Shown here: positions 27,029 through 35,933 of the stretch, piece by piece
Layout: each line of letters starts with the position of its first letter
Numbering within the stretch: position 1 is the stretch's first letter
Source: Candidatus Micrarchaeia archaeon
GTDB lineage: Archaea; Micrarchaeota; Micrarchaeia; Anstonellales; J096
NCBI GenBank assembly: GCA_041500405.1
Contig: JBGQMB010000004.1
Span: forward strand, 1 to 37,196
Direction of reading: 5' to 3'
DNA length: 37,196 nucleotides
The notes under the pieces: model-generated
What the model was told of the DNA's origin: nothing
The model's database searches: none
The model's input: only the letters and a program-made list of their open reading frames with translations
Position numbers and translations under genes: made by a program

Positions 27029-28036
27029 CTACATTTCCCTATTTACAATAAAGTTGGAAAGGTCTATCATCTTCGAGCTGAACTCGTTCCTCGGAAGGAG
27101 CGACGCTATCTCATTCTTCTCCTTTTCCACCAGCTTGGACGCGACCTTCTGTGCGTAGTCTATGGATTTTGTCTTGTTTATCAGGCTTATGGCCTCTAAT
27201 ATTATCTTGTCGTCCGTGGTATGCGAGCTCAGTATCTGCTTTAGCCTTGAGGCATCATTCTTCTGCAGGTTCGCAAGCGAGTGAATGACCATCAGCGTCC
27301 TTTTGCCTTCCGTGATGTCGTCGCCTATCTTCTTCTTGTATTTCGCCTCTTCGCCAACAAGGTTTAGGACGTCGTCCTGTATCTGGAACGCTATGCCTAT
27401 GGACTTGCCGAATGCATAAAGCGGCGAGAAAAGCGACGGCTTGTCAAGCATTATGGATGGAAGCGCCGCTGAAATCCCTATCAGCGCGCCTGTCTTCTTG
27501 CTGACCATGGTGAAATAGTCCTGTTCCGTCTGGTCGAATATGTTGTTGTGCTCCCAATAAAGGTCGTAGGCCTGGCCTTCAACCACTTCCTTGTACGTTT
27601 CTCCCATGGCTTTCATCATCTTGAGCTTCTTGTCCGTCTCAAAGTTCATGTCAAGCATCTTGTTCCATACGAACGTGTACAGGCTGTCTCCGGAGTTCAG
27701 GGCAACAGGCATTCCGTGCGTGACGTGGAGCGTCGGCTTCCCTCTCCTGAGCACCGAGCCGTCCTCTATGTCATCGTGTATCAGCGAGAAGGCGTGGAAG
27801 CACTCTATCACCGCGGACGGAAGGAGCGCCTTTTTGTATATTTCCTCCCTTTTTGCCTTGTTCTCCTCTATCGCCTGGGCTATGGTAAGCAAAATTGCGG
27901 GCCTTATCCTTTTTCCGCCACGCATGATATACTCATTGAGCATGCCGTAAGCCTCCTTGGGCTCCTTTGGCAGAATTTCCGTTATGACCGCGTCAACGTC
28001 CTTAAGCTCCCTTTCAAAGGCCTTTCCGATGTCCAT
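27029..28036 (-). CDS. idsA: Polyprenyl diphosphate synthase, likely geranylgeranyl diphosphate synthase
   Basis: GGKRIRP, FARM FSLIHDDIED...RRG, GQAYD, KKTG, SARM FQIQDDVL and DDITEGKRT. Confidence 0.93.
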   Translation of the reverse strand: MDIGKAFERELKDVDAVITEILPKEPKEAYGMLNEYIMRGGKRIRPAILLTIAQAIEENKAKREEIYKKALLPSAVIECFHAFSLIHDDIEDGSVLRRGKPTLHVTHGMPVALNSGDSLYTFVWNKMLDMNFETDKKLKMMKAMGETYKEVVEGQAYDLYWEHNNIFDQTEQDYFTMVSKKTGALIGISAALPSIMLDKPSLFSPLYAFGKSIGIAFQIQDDVLNLVGEEAKYKKKIGDDITEGKRTLMVIHSLANLQKNDASRLKQILSSHTTDDKIILEAISLINKTKSIDYAQKVASKLVEKEKNEIASLLPRNEFSSKMIDLSNFIVNREM

Positions 28037-28105
28037 GCGTTTAGAATAACCCCTGAGCCTTTTTAACTGTTGCGCTGGCGTCCAGGGGATTTTGTGGGCC
28101 TAGAA

Positions 28106-28534
28106 CTACTTGGCGCCGTGTTCAAGCAGGATGCTGCGTATCCCCGGCTCATTCCCGGTCCACTTCAGCAGCGTTGTTCCGTCCGGGTCCTTGGCGTTGG
28201 GGTCTGCATGGTATTTCAGCAAGAGGCGGACCATTGCGGGATCGTTGTGGAACACGGCATGGAAAAGCAGCGGCAACGAATCCCACATGATATTCGGGTT
28301 CGCGCCAAGCTCCAGCATCTTTTCGAATTTTTGGAGCTTTTCGTGCGCCAGCCTGCTGTGCGTTTTCGCATCAAGAAAATATTCCTTGAACAGGCAGAGA
28401 AACCTTTCATCCAGTTTCTCCTGCTGCCTTTGCCCGGGCTCTGAGTCGATTATCCTGTTTTTTGAAAAGAGATTTCTGGCCCTTTCAAAGAATTTCCGGC
28501 ACAGGCCGGCCTTGCCCGCCTTTTCCTTTTCCAT
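28106..28534 (-). CDS. Ankyrin repeat protein
   Basis: LELGANPN, PLLFHAV...MVRLLLKYHADPNAKDPDGTTLL...ILLEHGAK. Confidence 0.85.
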   Translation of the reverse strand: MEKEKAGKAGLCRKFFERARNLFSKNRIIDSEPGQRQQEKLDERFLCLFKEYFLDAKTHSRLAHEKLQKFEKMLELGANPNIMWDSLPLLFHAVFHNDPAMVRLLLKYHADPNAKDPDGTTLLKWTGNEPGIRSILLEHGAK

Positions 28535-28574
28535 GATATATTATGGCTATACCTGTTTAAAATTCTTGGCGCGC

Positions 28575-28871
28575 TCATTTATATTTGAGCGCCCGCTGGT
28601 GCCCGCACTCCTTGCATGTGTAGACTATCCTCTTGTTCATCCTGTCGAACGAAACGCTGACAGTCGAAGACGGAACCCAGGGCGCGAAGCACTTTCCGCA
28701 GAATGAGAACCTCTGCTCCCTTGTCAGCCCGATGGTGAAGCGCTTGGCTATGTTGGCCGCGCGCTTCACGTAATTGCGCGAAAGCTCCCTGTCCTTTTTC
28801 CATTCCGGCATTGAGAGGCCGAGCAGTATCGCAATGCGCCCCCTGGCTATTTCGTCCTTCTGCTTTGACAT
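28575..28871 (-). CDS. rnp4: Ribonuclease P protein component 4 (Rpp21)
   Basis: IARGRIAILL, LSRNYVKRAANIAKR, and a Zn ribbon FCGKC...YTCKECG. Start reassigned to ATG 28871. Confidence 0.9.
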   Translation of the reverse strand: MSKQKDEIARGRIAILLGLSMPEWKKDRELSRNYVKRAANIAKRFTIGLTREQRFSFCGKCFAPWVPSSTVSVSFDRMNKRIVYTCKECGHQRALKYK

Positions 28872-28924
28872 TGCATCTGGAGTGGGGCGATTGTTTTTTA
28901 ATTGTTCACACAAAGGGAAAGGGC

Positions 28925-29743
28925 ATGCACATAGGCGTGTTCGTGCGCAACCTGATGCCCCAGATGCTCGGGATAAAGTCAGACGGCCCCACAGTTTTCG
29001 TTGACAACAAGGGCAACATAATAGAGGCCGTGAACATGGAAAGCGGCAAGGGGCTGGGCAGGCTTTCTTCCGACGACAGCGTCTCCATAGTCAATGTGGA
29101 CGACGTGGAGGGAAGGACCGCAAGGTTCACCGAAAGGATAAAGCAGGGCCTTTCGAAGTTCGGGGAGGTTTACGCCGAGTCGGAAAGGCTTTTCATAGTG
29201 AACAGCAGGGCAGAGGACCCTGAGGGAATCCCAAAAAGCATAAGGGAGGACATTGACATCGACTGCATAATCTGCATCTCGGACAGCGCGAGGGTGATAA
29301 AGGCGGTCTGCCCGTTCGCCGACAAGGACATCATATTCAACGAAAAAGACTTCAAGGAGGGGAAGCTGGAAACGCTTGACCTGCCGGACGATGCCAAGGA
29401 CAAGATAGAGTTCGCGCTTTATGACGAGGATGATGTTCTTGACTCGCTTTGCGGCAAGGTGGTCGAGATTGACGAAAAGACAAAAAAGGATGGAATCGGC
29501 AAGGTGCTTGACTCATTGGTCAGGGACGAGGGCCTCATATACCCGATATCGGGGGACATATACGTGCTTGTCATCAGGGAGGGCGCGCAGTTCATAAAGA
29601 GGGTAAGCCTGAAGCAGGACTCGAGGGAGTCGATTCTTGAGAAGATAGGCAAGGTCGCGCGCTTTGCCGAGAAAATCGGCGTTTTCATCTACAGCAGCAA
29701 GAGCGGAAAGGAAAAGAGATTGACAAAGTTCTTCAACTTCTAG
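28925..29743 (+). CDS. Hypothetical acidic protein with a C-terminal PIP-box-like motif
   Basis: 272-aa ORF from ATG 28925 with host-like codon usage; ends KEKRLTKFFNF. Confidence 0.75.
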   Translation: MHIGVFVRNLMPQMLGIKSDGPTVFVDNKGNIIEAVNMESGKGLGRLSSDDSVSIVNVDDVEGRTARFTERIKQGLSKFGEVYAESERLFIVNSRAEDPEGIPKSIREDIDIDCIICISDSARVIKAVCPFADKDIIFNEKDFKEGKLETLDLPDDAKDKIEFALYDEDDVLDSLCGKVVEIDEKTKKDGIGKVLDSLVRDEGLIYPISGDIYVLVIREGAQFIKRVSLKQDSRESILEKIGKVARFAEKIGVFIYSSKSGKEKRLTKFFNF

Positions 29744-29768
29744 CCCGTGCAGGCCGGCCCGCTGCGGC

Positions 29769-30461
29769 TCACCTTGCCATTTCCGGACCGTAAAAAACAT
29801 GCGCTGTGCTGTAATTTTCCTTGCTGACCATATGGTCCGCGACTGCAAATGCGGCAAATTCCATGCGCTTTGAAGTGGAAACAACAGCGAAAAATGCCTC
29901 GCTGTCGTCGGTTTCGCTTCCCGGAAACAGCTTTTCGCAATGGAGCCTGAAGACAAGCAGGCTCTGCTTTTCCTTATGCGACGACGCAAAAAGGTGGATG
30001 CCCCAGGTGTATTCCTGGTTGGGCAAGCCATTCCTGGCAAGCTTGGACATCGCGCTTTCCAGCTGCCTCCGCACTACGCGGCCAAGGTCTACCTTGTCAA
30101 TGGCGTCAAGCCTGAAAAGCTTCGCGTCGTCGCTTTCCAGCCTGCTGTAGTCCACGCGCCCGTTCTGGAACACGCTGGCGTGCAGGATGATTTCCGTCCT
30201 TTCAAAATGGAACTTGCCTTCGCCAGGCTTCCTGTTTTTGTTTTTGGCAAAGATGGAATGCGTAAAGGAGTCGTCGAACGGGCTTCCGCTTACGTACCTC
30301 TTTCTCATTAGCGCGACAACGACGTTGCCGAGGTTGCAGTCCTTGCCTATCCTGCAGTCAAGCTCCTGTACGAATGCCTCGCCAAGCTCCTTCCGGAACC
30401 TCTTTTTTGATATTGCTTTGCGTACGTGCGGTGCCAATTGTTTAGTTTGCATGTCGCACAT
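29769..30461 (-). CDS. Hypothetical protein
   Basis: 230-aa ORF filling the gap between two + strand genes, with a TATA-like element upstream. No recognisable motif. Confidence 0.65.
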   Translation of the reverse strand: MCDMQTKQLAPHVRKAISKKRFRKELGEAFVQELDCRIGKDCNLGNVVVALMRKRYVSGSPFDDSFTHSIFAKNKNRKPGEGKFHFERTEIILHASVFQNGRVDYSRLESDDAKLFRLDAIDKVDLGRVVRRQLESAMSKLARNGLPNQEYTWGIHLFASSHKEKQSLLVFRLHCEKLFPGSETDDSEAFFAVVSTSKRMEFAAFAVADHMVSKENYSTAHVFYGPEMAR

Positions 30462-30523
30462 GGTGGGGACAACTGTATTTAAACCTGCGCATGTTTTTAA
30501 AAAGGCGGGATGATATCTAAACC

Positions 30524-31102
30524 ATGCTGAGCCTTCCGCTGATGCTACAGATGTTCGTGCTGATAAACCCGCTGGCGTCGTTCCCGATGCTGATTGCCGC
30601 CTTCAGGAAGAAAATGGATGCGAAAAGGATAGCGGTGATATCTGTTGTGGTCGCCTTCGCAATAGCGATGCTGATGGTTTTCATAGGGCCTATGCTGTTC
30701 ACGATGTTCGGGATAGGGATAGATTCCTTCATGATTGCCGGAGGACTTATCCTGCTCCTGCTCGGTATAGACACGGTTAGGCACCCTGCGGAGTATGGGG
30801 AGGCAAGCCCGGACGAGATGGACGGGTTCATATCGCTGATAGCGACTCCGCTGTTGACGGGCCCTGCGACCATGTCGTTCATAATATTGAAGACATACGA
30901 GATGAACCAAACGGACCTTGCAATAAACGTGACTCTTACATTTGTCGCGATAGGGATACTGTTCACCCTGCTTGCCTTGGCCGTGCCAAAGGTAAATTCA
31001 AAGATAGTGAGCATAATATCCAAGATAATGGGCCTGTTCCTGACCGCGATGGGCATGGAAATGATGGTGCGCGGGATTCAGGCAATGATGCTGCTCGGCT
31101 GA
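30524..31102 (+). CDS. MarC family integral membrane protein
   Basis: FVLINPLASFP, FGIGIDSFMIAGGLILL, ATPLLTGPATM and KIMGLFLTAMG. Confidence 0.92.
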   Translation: MLSLPLMLQMFVLINPLASFPMLIAAFRKKMDAKRIAVISVVVAFAIAMLMVFIGPMLFTMFGIGIDSFMIAGGLILLLLGIDTVRHPAEYGEASPDEMDGFISLIATPLLTGPATMSFIILKTYEMNQTDLAINVTLTFVAIGILFTLLALAVPKVNSKIVSIISKIMGLFLTAMGMEMMVRGIQAMMLLG

Positions 31103-31678
31103 CTACGCCATAAAGGACGCCAACGCAAGCTCCTCGAAAAAGTATTTTTCCTTTTCAACAATTTCAAAGCCATTTAGATTTCTTGCAGTTCCCATGTATT
31201 CCTGGAACCTGCTGTTCTGCGAGCTCAGTATGATATACGCCCTGCCATCTGGATTAAGGAAGCGCGCATAGGAGCCAAGGAATGCGGATATCTGACCATC
31301 GTCTACAAAGTTGCGGTCATCCCGCGTCCTTGTGCCGTCTTTCCCGAGATAGGGGGGATTGAACGCAATCGTGTCGAATCTGCCTTTCACTTTTGAGAAC
31401 ATGCCGGAAACAGTGAACTCGGCGTTCGTTATGCCGTTCATTTTGGCATTGAGTCTCGCGTTTTCAACAGCAACGGGATTTATGTCAGCGCCAAGCACGC
31501 GGTTTTCCCCATTTAGCGCCGCATTCGCAAGCGCGACAAACCCGGTTCCTGTTCCCAGGTCAAGGAAGCTTCCCTTGCGGTGCATGGTGTTGCGCGCAAG
31601 CAGCAGGGTGTCCTCTGAAGGCGGATAAACGCCTTTTGCTGTCCCTATCTTCAGGCCGATGTCCAGATTCTGAGCGAT
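31103..31678 (-). CDS. HemK2/PrmC-like glutamine N5-methyltransferase; start non-canonical (31678 ATC or 31654 CTG)
   Basis: FLDLGTGTG, ADINP and FNPPYL. The family motif GVYPPSEDTLLLA lies in frame upstream of the first ATG (31585). Confidence 0.85.
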   Translation of the reverse strand: MAQNLDIGLKIGTAKGVYPPSEDTLLLARNTMHRKGSFLDLGTGTGFVALANAALNGENRVLGADINPVAVENARLNAKMNGITNAEFTVSGMFSKVKGRFDTIAFNPPYLGKDGTRTRDDRNFVDDGQISAFLGSYARFLNPDGRAYIILSSQNSRFQEYMGTARNLNGFEIVEKEKYFFEELALASFMA

Positions 31679-34206
31679 TTTCTCACCTCGTCAAGGAACA
31701 GGACTGATGAAGACAGGACTATTATCATCGCCAAATCCAAAACCGGGATTGGCGAGATTCTGAAAAAGTCCGTTGAAATGATTGGCACGTAGTTTATCGC
31801 TATCTGGATGATTGCCATTGTCGCCACCATGGCGATAAGGACCTTGTTGTTTATCAGGTTTTCCCAGAAGTGCGCGGACGGGGAGCGCACCGCAAACGCA
31901 TTGAACAGCTGCATGAAAACAAAGAGGTTGAACGCCATTGTCGCCGCAGCCGTTTCGCCGTATCCGAGATTGCTCTGGAACACGTGGAACGCAACCAGCG
32001 AGATGAAAACCCCGGAAAACAGGATTGTGAGCATCATCGGAACAGTTAGGAGCGTGATTGCCTTCTTCGGCTTTTCCGTCTCTAAATTCTTGCCCGGCTT
32101 CTCAAACGCCTGCGCAACCGCAGGCGGCCCGTCCATTATTATGTTTATCCAAAGCAGCTGGATCGCGCCTAGCGCAAGCGGAAGGTTCGTGATGAACGTG
32201 AAAACGGTGAGCAGTATCGCCGAAATGTTTGTCGTGAGCTGGAAGCGCACGAAATTGGATATGTTGCGCAGAATGGAGCGCCCGTATGTTATGGCGCTGA
32301 AAAGCGTGGAGAAATTGTCGTCAAGCAGCACTATGTCCGCTATTTCCTTGCTGGCGTCCGTCCCGCGGATTCCCATCGCTACGCCGACGTTTGCGCTTTT
32401 GAGCGCCGGCGCGTCGTTTATTCCGTCCCCTGTGACCGCGACAATGTGGCCCATGGCCTTCATGGCCTCAACGATTTTCAGCTTGCTGTCCGGAGTCGCC
32501 CTTGCTATGACCCTGTGCAGCATAACCTTGTTGTAAAGCTCCTCCATCGTCAATCCTTCAAGGCTCTCCCAGCTTATGGGCTCCTCGTGCTGCCCAATGA
32601 CGCCCGCGTCCCTTGCTATGGCCCTTGCGGTGTACTTGTTGTCCCCTGTGATCATTATGACTGTTATGCCGGCATTCCTCATCTTCTTTATGGTTTTGGC
32701 AACGCCCTCCCTTGGCGGGTCCCTGAACAGCATGAGCGCGCTGAAAATCCACGGGCCCCTCCATTCCGAGAACGCGAGCGCCACTGCCCTGAAGCCTTCC
32801 TTGGAGAATTCGTTCACCGCCTCGGACAGTTCCTCCTTCATGTCCTCGTCCAGCTCCGTTATCCCGTCGTCCGTCTCCATGCGCGAGCACGCCTTTATCA
32901 CCACTTCCGGGGCGCCTTTCATCACCCTTTGGCCATTGCGCTCGGCGACCATTCTCTTTGAATTGGATGAGAACGGCTCCACTATTTTCCCGTCCCTGGC
33001 CAGTATGCCGATTGACTGCGCGGCGTTGACAACCTCCACGTCAAGCTCGTCGCCATACATCTCGCCCTCAAAGCTGGTGACGTGCGTGCACACCACCGCC
33101 TTCGACAGAACGTCTTTCCACTCTTTCTTTTCCAGCATCCTGAAAGGGATGAATATCCCGCCAAGCGCAAACTTGCCCTCTGTTATGGTCCCTGTCTTGT
33201 CTGTTGCTATGACGTCGATTGAGCCTATCGTCTCTATGGATGAAAGCCTCTTCACGACCGCCTTTGATTTCGCCATCTCCTTCACGCCGAGCGCAAGCAT
33301 GATGACAAGCGTGGTCGGAAGGCCCTCCGGTATCGCCGCAACCGCGAGCGCGACCGAGAATATGAACAGCTGCGCCATGTCCCTTCCGTTTATTGCCCCG
33401 AAAATGAGAAGGCCCAAAATTATCAGCGTGGACACTATGCTTATCTTCTTGCCAAGGTCCTCCACCCTGAGCGAAAGCGTGGACTGGCCCTTCTCTATTA
33501 TATTGAGGCTTCCGGCTATCTTGCCGAATTCTGACGACATTCCGGTCCTTGTTGCCATGGCCTTGCATATGCCGCTCGCGATGCTTGTTCCGGAGAACAG
33601 CATGGACTTTTGCCTGTGGACGGGAAGCTCTAGATGGATTATGGACGACTCCACCTTTTCAACAGGAAGGGATTCCCCCGTAAGCACGGACTCGTTCGCG
33701 GTCACGCCCTTTGACTCTATGATTATGCAGTCTGCTGGGACTATCTGCCCTGATTCAAGTATTAATATGTCGCCAGGCACGATGCTCTCGCTGTCCAATA
33801 CAACCTTTCTGCCGTTCCTTATGGCTATGACCTTCCTTTCCCTGTATTTCAGGAGCTGCTCCATGGCGTCGTCCGCCCTGTGCTCAAGGAACGAGCTGAA
33901 CAGCACGGACATCATTATTGCAGCGAAAATGGCAACGCTTTCCATGTAGTGCTGCAGCATTATGCTTATCATTGTTGCAAAAAACAGGAGCAGTATCAGG
34001 CTGTTTGACGCCTGCGCCACCATTATGTCAATGAATGAGCGCCTTTTTTTCCTGGCAAATGCGTTCGGCCCGCATTTTTTCAGTTTCGCCTCCGCGGCGC
34101 TGTCCGAAAGCCCTTTTGAGACGCTGGAGCCGTGCTCCTTTATCATGTCCAATGTCCTTGCCGGTTGCATCTGTTTCACGTGTGATGGTGGTTTGCGCCG
34201 CACCAT
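31651..34206 (-). CDS. Cation-transporting P-type ATPase (type II, Ca2+-like)
   Basis: Motifs LTGES, AIPEGL, DKTGT, KGAPE, DPPR, MITGD, TGDGINDAPAL and QLLWINIIMDGPPA. Confidence 0.96.
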   Translation of the reverse strand: MVRRKPPSHVKQMQPARTLDMIKEHGSSVSKGLSDSAAEAKLKKCGPNAFARKKRRSFIDIMVAQASNSLILLLFFATMISIMLQHYMESVAIFAAIMMSVLFSSFLEHRADDAMEQLLKYRERKVIAIRNGRKVVLDSESIVPGDILILESGQIVPADCIIIESKGVTANESVLTGESLPVEKVESSIIHLELPVHRQKSMLFSGTSIASGICKAMATRTGMSSEFGKIAGSLNIIEKGQSTLSLRVEDLGKKISIVSTLIILGLLIFGAINGRDMAQLFIFSVALAVAAIPEGLPTTLVIMLALGVKEMAKSKAVVKRLSSIETIGSIDVIATDKTGTITEGKFALGGIFIPFRMLEKKEWKDVLSKAVVCTHVTSFEGEMYGDELDVEVVNAAQSIGILARDGKIVEPFSSNSKRMVAERNGQRVMKGAPEVVIKACSRMETDDGITELDEDMKEELSEAVNEFSKEGFRAVALAFSEWRGPWIFSALMLFRDPPREGVAKTIKKMRNAGITVIMITGDNKYTARAIARDAGVIGQHEEPISWESLEGLTMEELYNKVMLHRVIARATPDSKLKIVEAMKAMGHIVAVTGDGINDAPALKSANVGVAMGIRGTDASKEIADIVLLDDNFSTLFSAITYGRSILRNISNFVRFQLTTNISAILLTVFTFITNLPLALGAIQLLWINIIMDGPPAVAQAFEKPGKNLETEKPKKAITLLTVPMMLTILFSGVFISLVAFHVFQSNLGYGETAAATMAFNLFVFMQLFNAFAVRSPSAHFWENLINNKVLIAMVATMAIIQIAINYVPIISTDFFRISPIPVLDLAMIIVLSSSVLFLDEVRKSLRIWTSA

Positions 34207-34334
34207 TAAAAAATGTTGCCGGTTGCTTAATTAAATCGTTTCAACATATAACATTACGGAAAACCACAGAAAAATAAGGATATAAGGCGACCACTACATT
34301 TTTAAATCTTATAATATCTAATGGGTATCACAAG

Positions 34335-34601
34335 GTGAATATTATGGCGAGGTACATGCTTGCAAGGCAACTCTCAGGGAAGAAGGTAATTTCCAACGAA
34401 GGCGAGGATTTGGGTAGGGTCGTTGACGTAGCAGTGAACGAAATCAGCGGCGCAATGGAGTATATGATACTTGACCCGAACCACGACAGCTCGACTGTTT
34501 TGAAGCTCAAGAAGGTAAACGCAAAGGCGTACCTGCCGTTTGAGACAGTCATGGCAATTGCCGACTATGTGATTATTGACAAGAGGCACCTCAACGAATG
34601 A
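34335..34601 (+). CDS. PRC-barrel domain protein
   Basis: LSGKKVISNEGEDLGRVVDV...LPFETVMAIADYVII. Start GTG 34335 or ATG 34344. Confidence 0.88.
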   Translation: MNIMARYMLARQLSGKKVISNEGEDLGRVVDVAVNEISGAMEYMILDPNHDSSTVLKLKKVNAKAYLPFETVMAIADYVIIDKRHLNE

Positions 34602-35224
34602 TTTGCGGCGTTGACGAAGCCGGAAGGGGTGCCCTGATCGGGCCCCTGGTAATTTCTTTTGTCTGTTTTGATTCTCTTTCTCTTAAAACAATAAGCGAAA
34701 TCGTGACAAAGGACTCCAAGCAGCTCACGCCCGGCCAAAGGGAGGCGCTTTTCCCGAAGATAGAGGCGCTTGCCGCCAGCATAGAGACGCACAAGATATC
34801 CCCGCGCCAGGTGGACGCGGAAAACATAAACAAGATGGAAAGCAGGACCATATCCGATTTTGTGGGAAGGAAAAAGCCGGACGAGATGTATGTTGACCTG
34901 TTCGAGCATGACGGGACAAAGATGACGAACGCGCTCAAGGCAAAGGGGGCCAGGAAAGTGGTTGCTGAGCACAAGGCGGACGAGAATTATTCTGTTGTGG
35001 CTTGCGCAAGCATCATCGCAAAGGTGACAAGGGACGCGGAAATAAAGAAGCTGCACGAGAAATTCGGTTTTTTCGGGAGCGGATACCCCTCCGACGAGAG
35101 GACGATAGAGTTTGTCAAGAACCCCGAAAACTACGCGAAAATAGAGCCTTTTGTCAGGAAGAAATGGGCCACGCTGAAAAATTTGGGCATTGCGCCAAAG
35201 GCCTTAAAGCAGAAGAAGCTTTGA
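34598..35224 (+). CDS. rnhB: Ribonuclease HII
   Basis: Motifs GVDEAGRG, KDSKQL, EHKAD, ASIIAKVTRD, GSGYPSD and RKKW. Confidence 0.96.
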   Translation: MICGVDEAGRGALIGPLVISFVCFDSLSLKTISEIVTKDSKQLTPGQREALFPKIEALAASIETHKISPRQVDAENINKMESRTISDFVGRKKPDEMYVDLFEHDGTKMTNALKAKGARKVVAEHKADENYSVVACASIIAKVTRDAEIKKLHEKFGFFGSGYPSDERTIEFVKNPENYAKIEPFVRKKWATLKNLGIAPKALKQKKL

Positions 35225-35267
35225 CGGAAGCAATAAACATTTAAACACGTATTATAACTATATTGCC

Positions 35268-35933
35268 ATGCAAAAAACAAGGGAGAACACAAGGACTGTA
35301 AAAAAGCCCGATGTCCGGAAATTCAAGCCCGAGTCTTCAGGGAAAGACGACTTTATTTTTGAAAAAATCATGAGGGACTTGAGAAAGGACAATATGGTCA
35401 GGCACGCAGGAAGATCCGGGGTATTGAGGCCTTGCATTCCGGATTTGATAAGGAAGCTGAATGATTTGAAATATATAGGAGGGCCGCTCTTCGTCCCGGA
35501 CTGGATCACTCCGCTGTACATAGCCAATTGCATGGAAAATGGGACATTCCAGGATGAATGGGTGCCGAAAAGAGGGGACTGGTACCTTGATTCAGACCTT
35601 TGCTCATTAAGGAAGATAGGAAGCAGGAAGGAATACGACAAAGTGTATGCGCCTCCTCCAATAGACAACTGGGAAAAGGCAAGGACAAAGAACGGAAGGT
35701 GGCATTGGCACTTTTACCTGCCCAGGCCCCAATTCTATCTGTGCATGTGCCCAAGGGAATTGACCATGGACGAAATGCGGCACATCTCCATCGGCGTCAA
35801 GTGCAACATAAGCTTTGTCGGCAAGGTCCTAAACGAAGACAGGTGGGACTACAACATTGACGGAACAGTGCTTACTGCCAAGGACAAGGAAGTCGTAAAG
35901 GCGTACGGCCTGATAATAACCAACGACCTGTGA
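35268..35933 (+). CDS. Hypothetical protein
   Basis: 221-aa Trp/Cys-rich ORF with a TATA element (ATTTAAAC) about 25 nt upstream. A diverged copy of its C-terminus occurs at 36757-36834. Confidence 0.75.
   Translation: MQKTRENTRTVKKPDVRKFKPESSGKDDFIFEKIMRDLRKDNMVRHAGRSGVLRPCIPDLIRKLNDLKYIGGPLFVPDWITPLYIANCMENGTFQDEWVPKRGDWYLDSDLCSLRKIGSRKEYDKVYAPPPIDNWEKARTKNGRWHWHFYLPRPQFYLCMCPRELTMDEMRHISIGVKCNISFVGKVLNEDRWDYNIDGTVLTAKDKEVVKAYGLIITNDL

Noticed and set aside
32576..33949. 457-aa + strand ORF, and similar long antisense ORFs (10872-11705, 20858-21832, 16460-17470)
   Set aside because: These are shadow frames opposite well-supported genes, with Ser-rich composition and no motifs.
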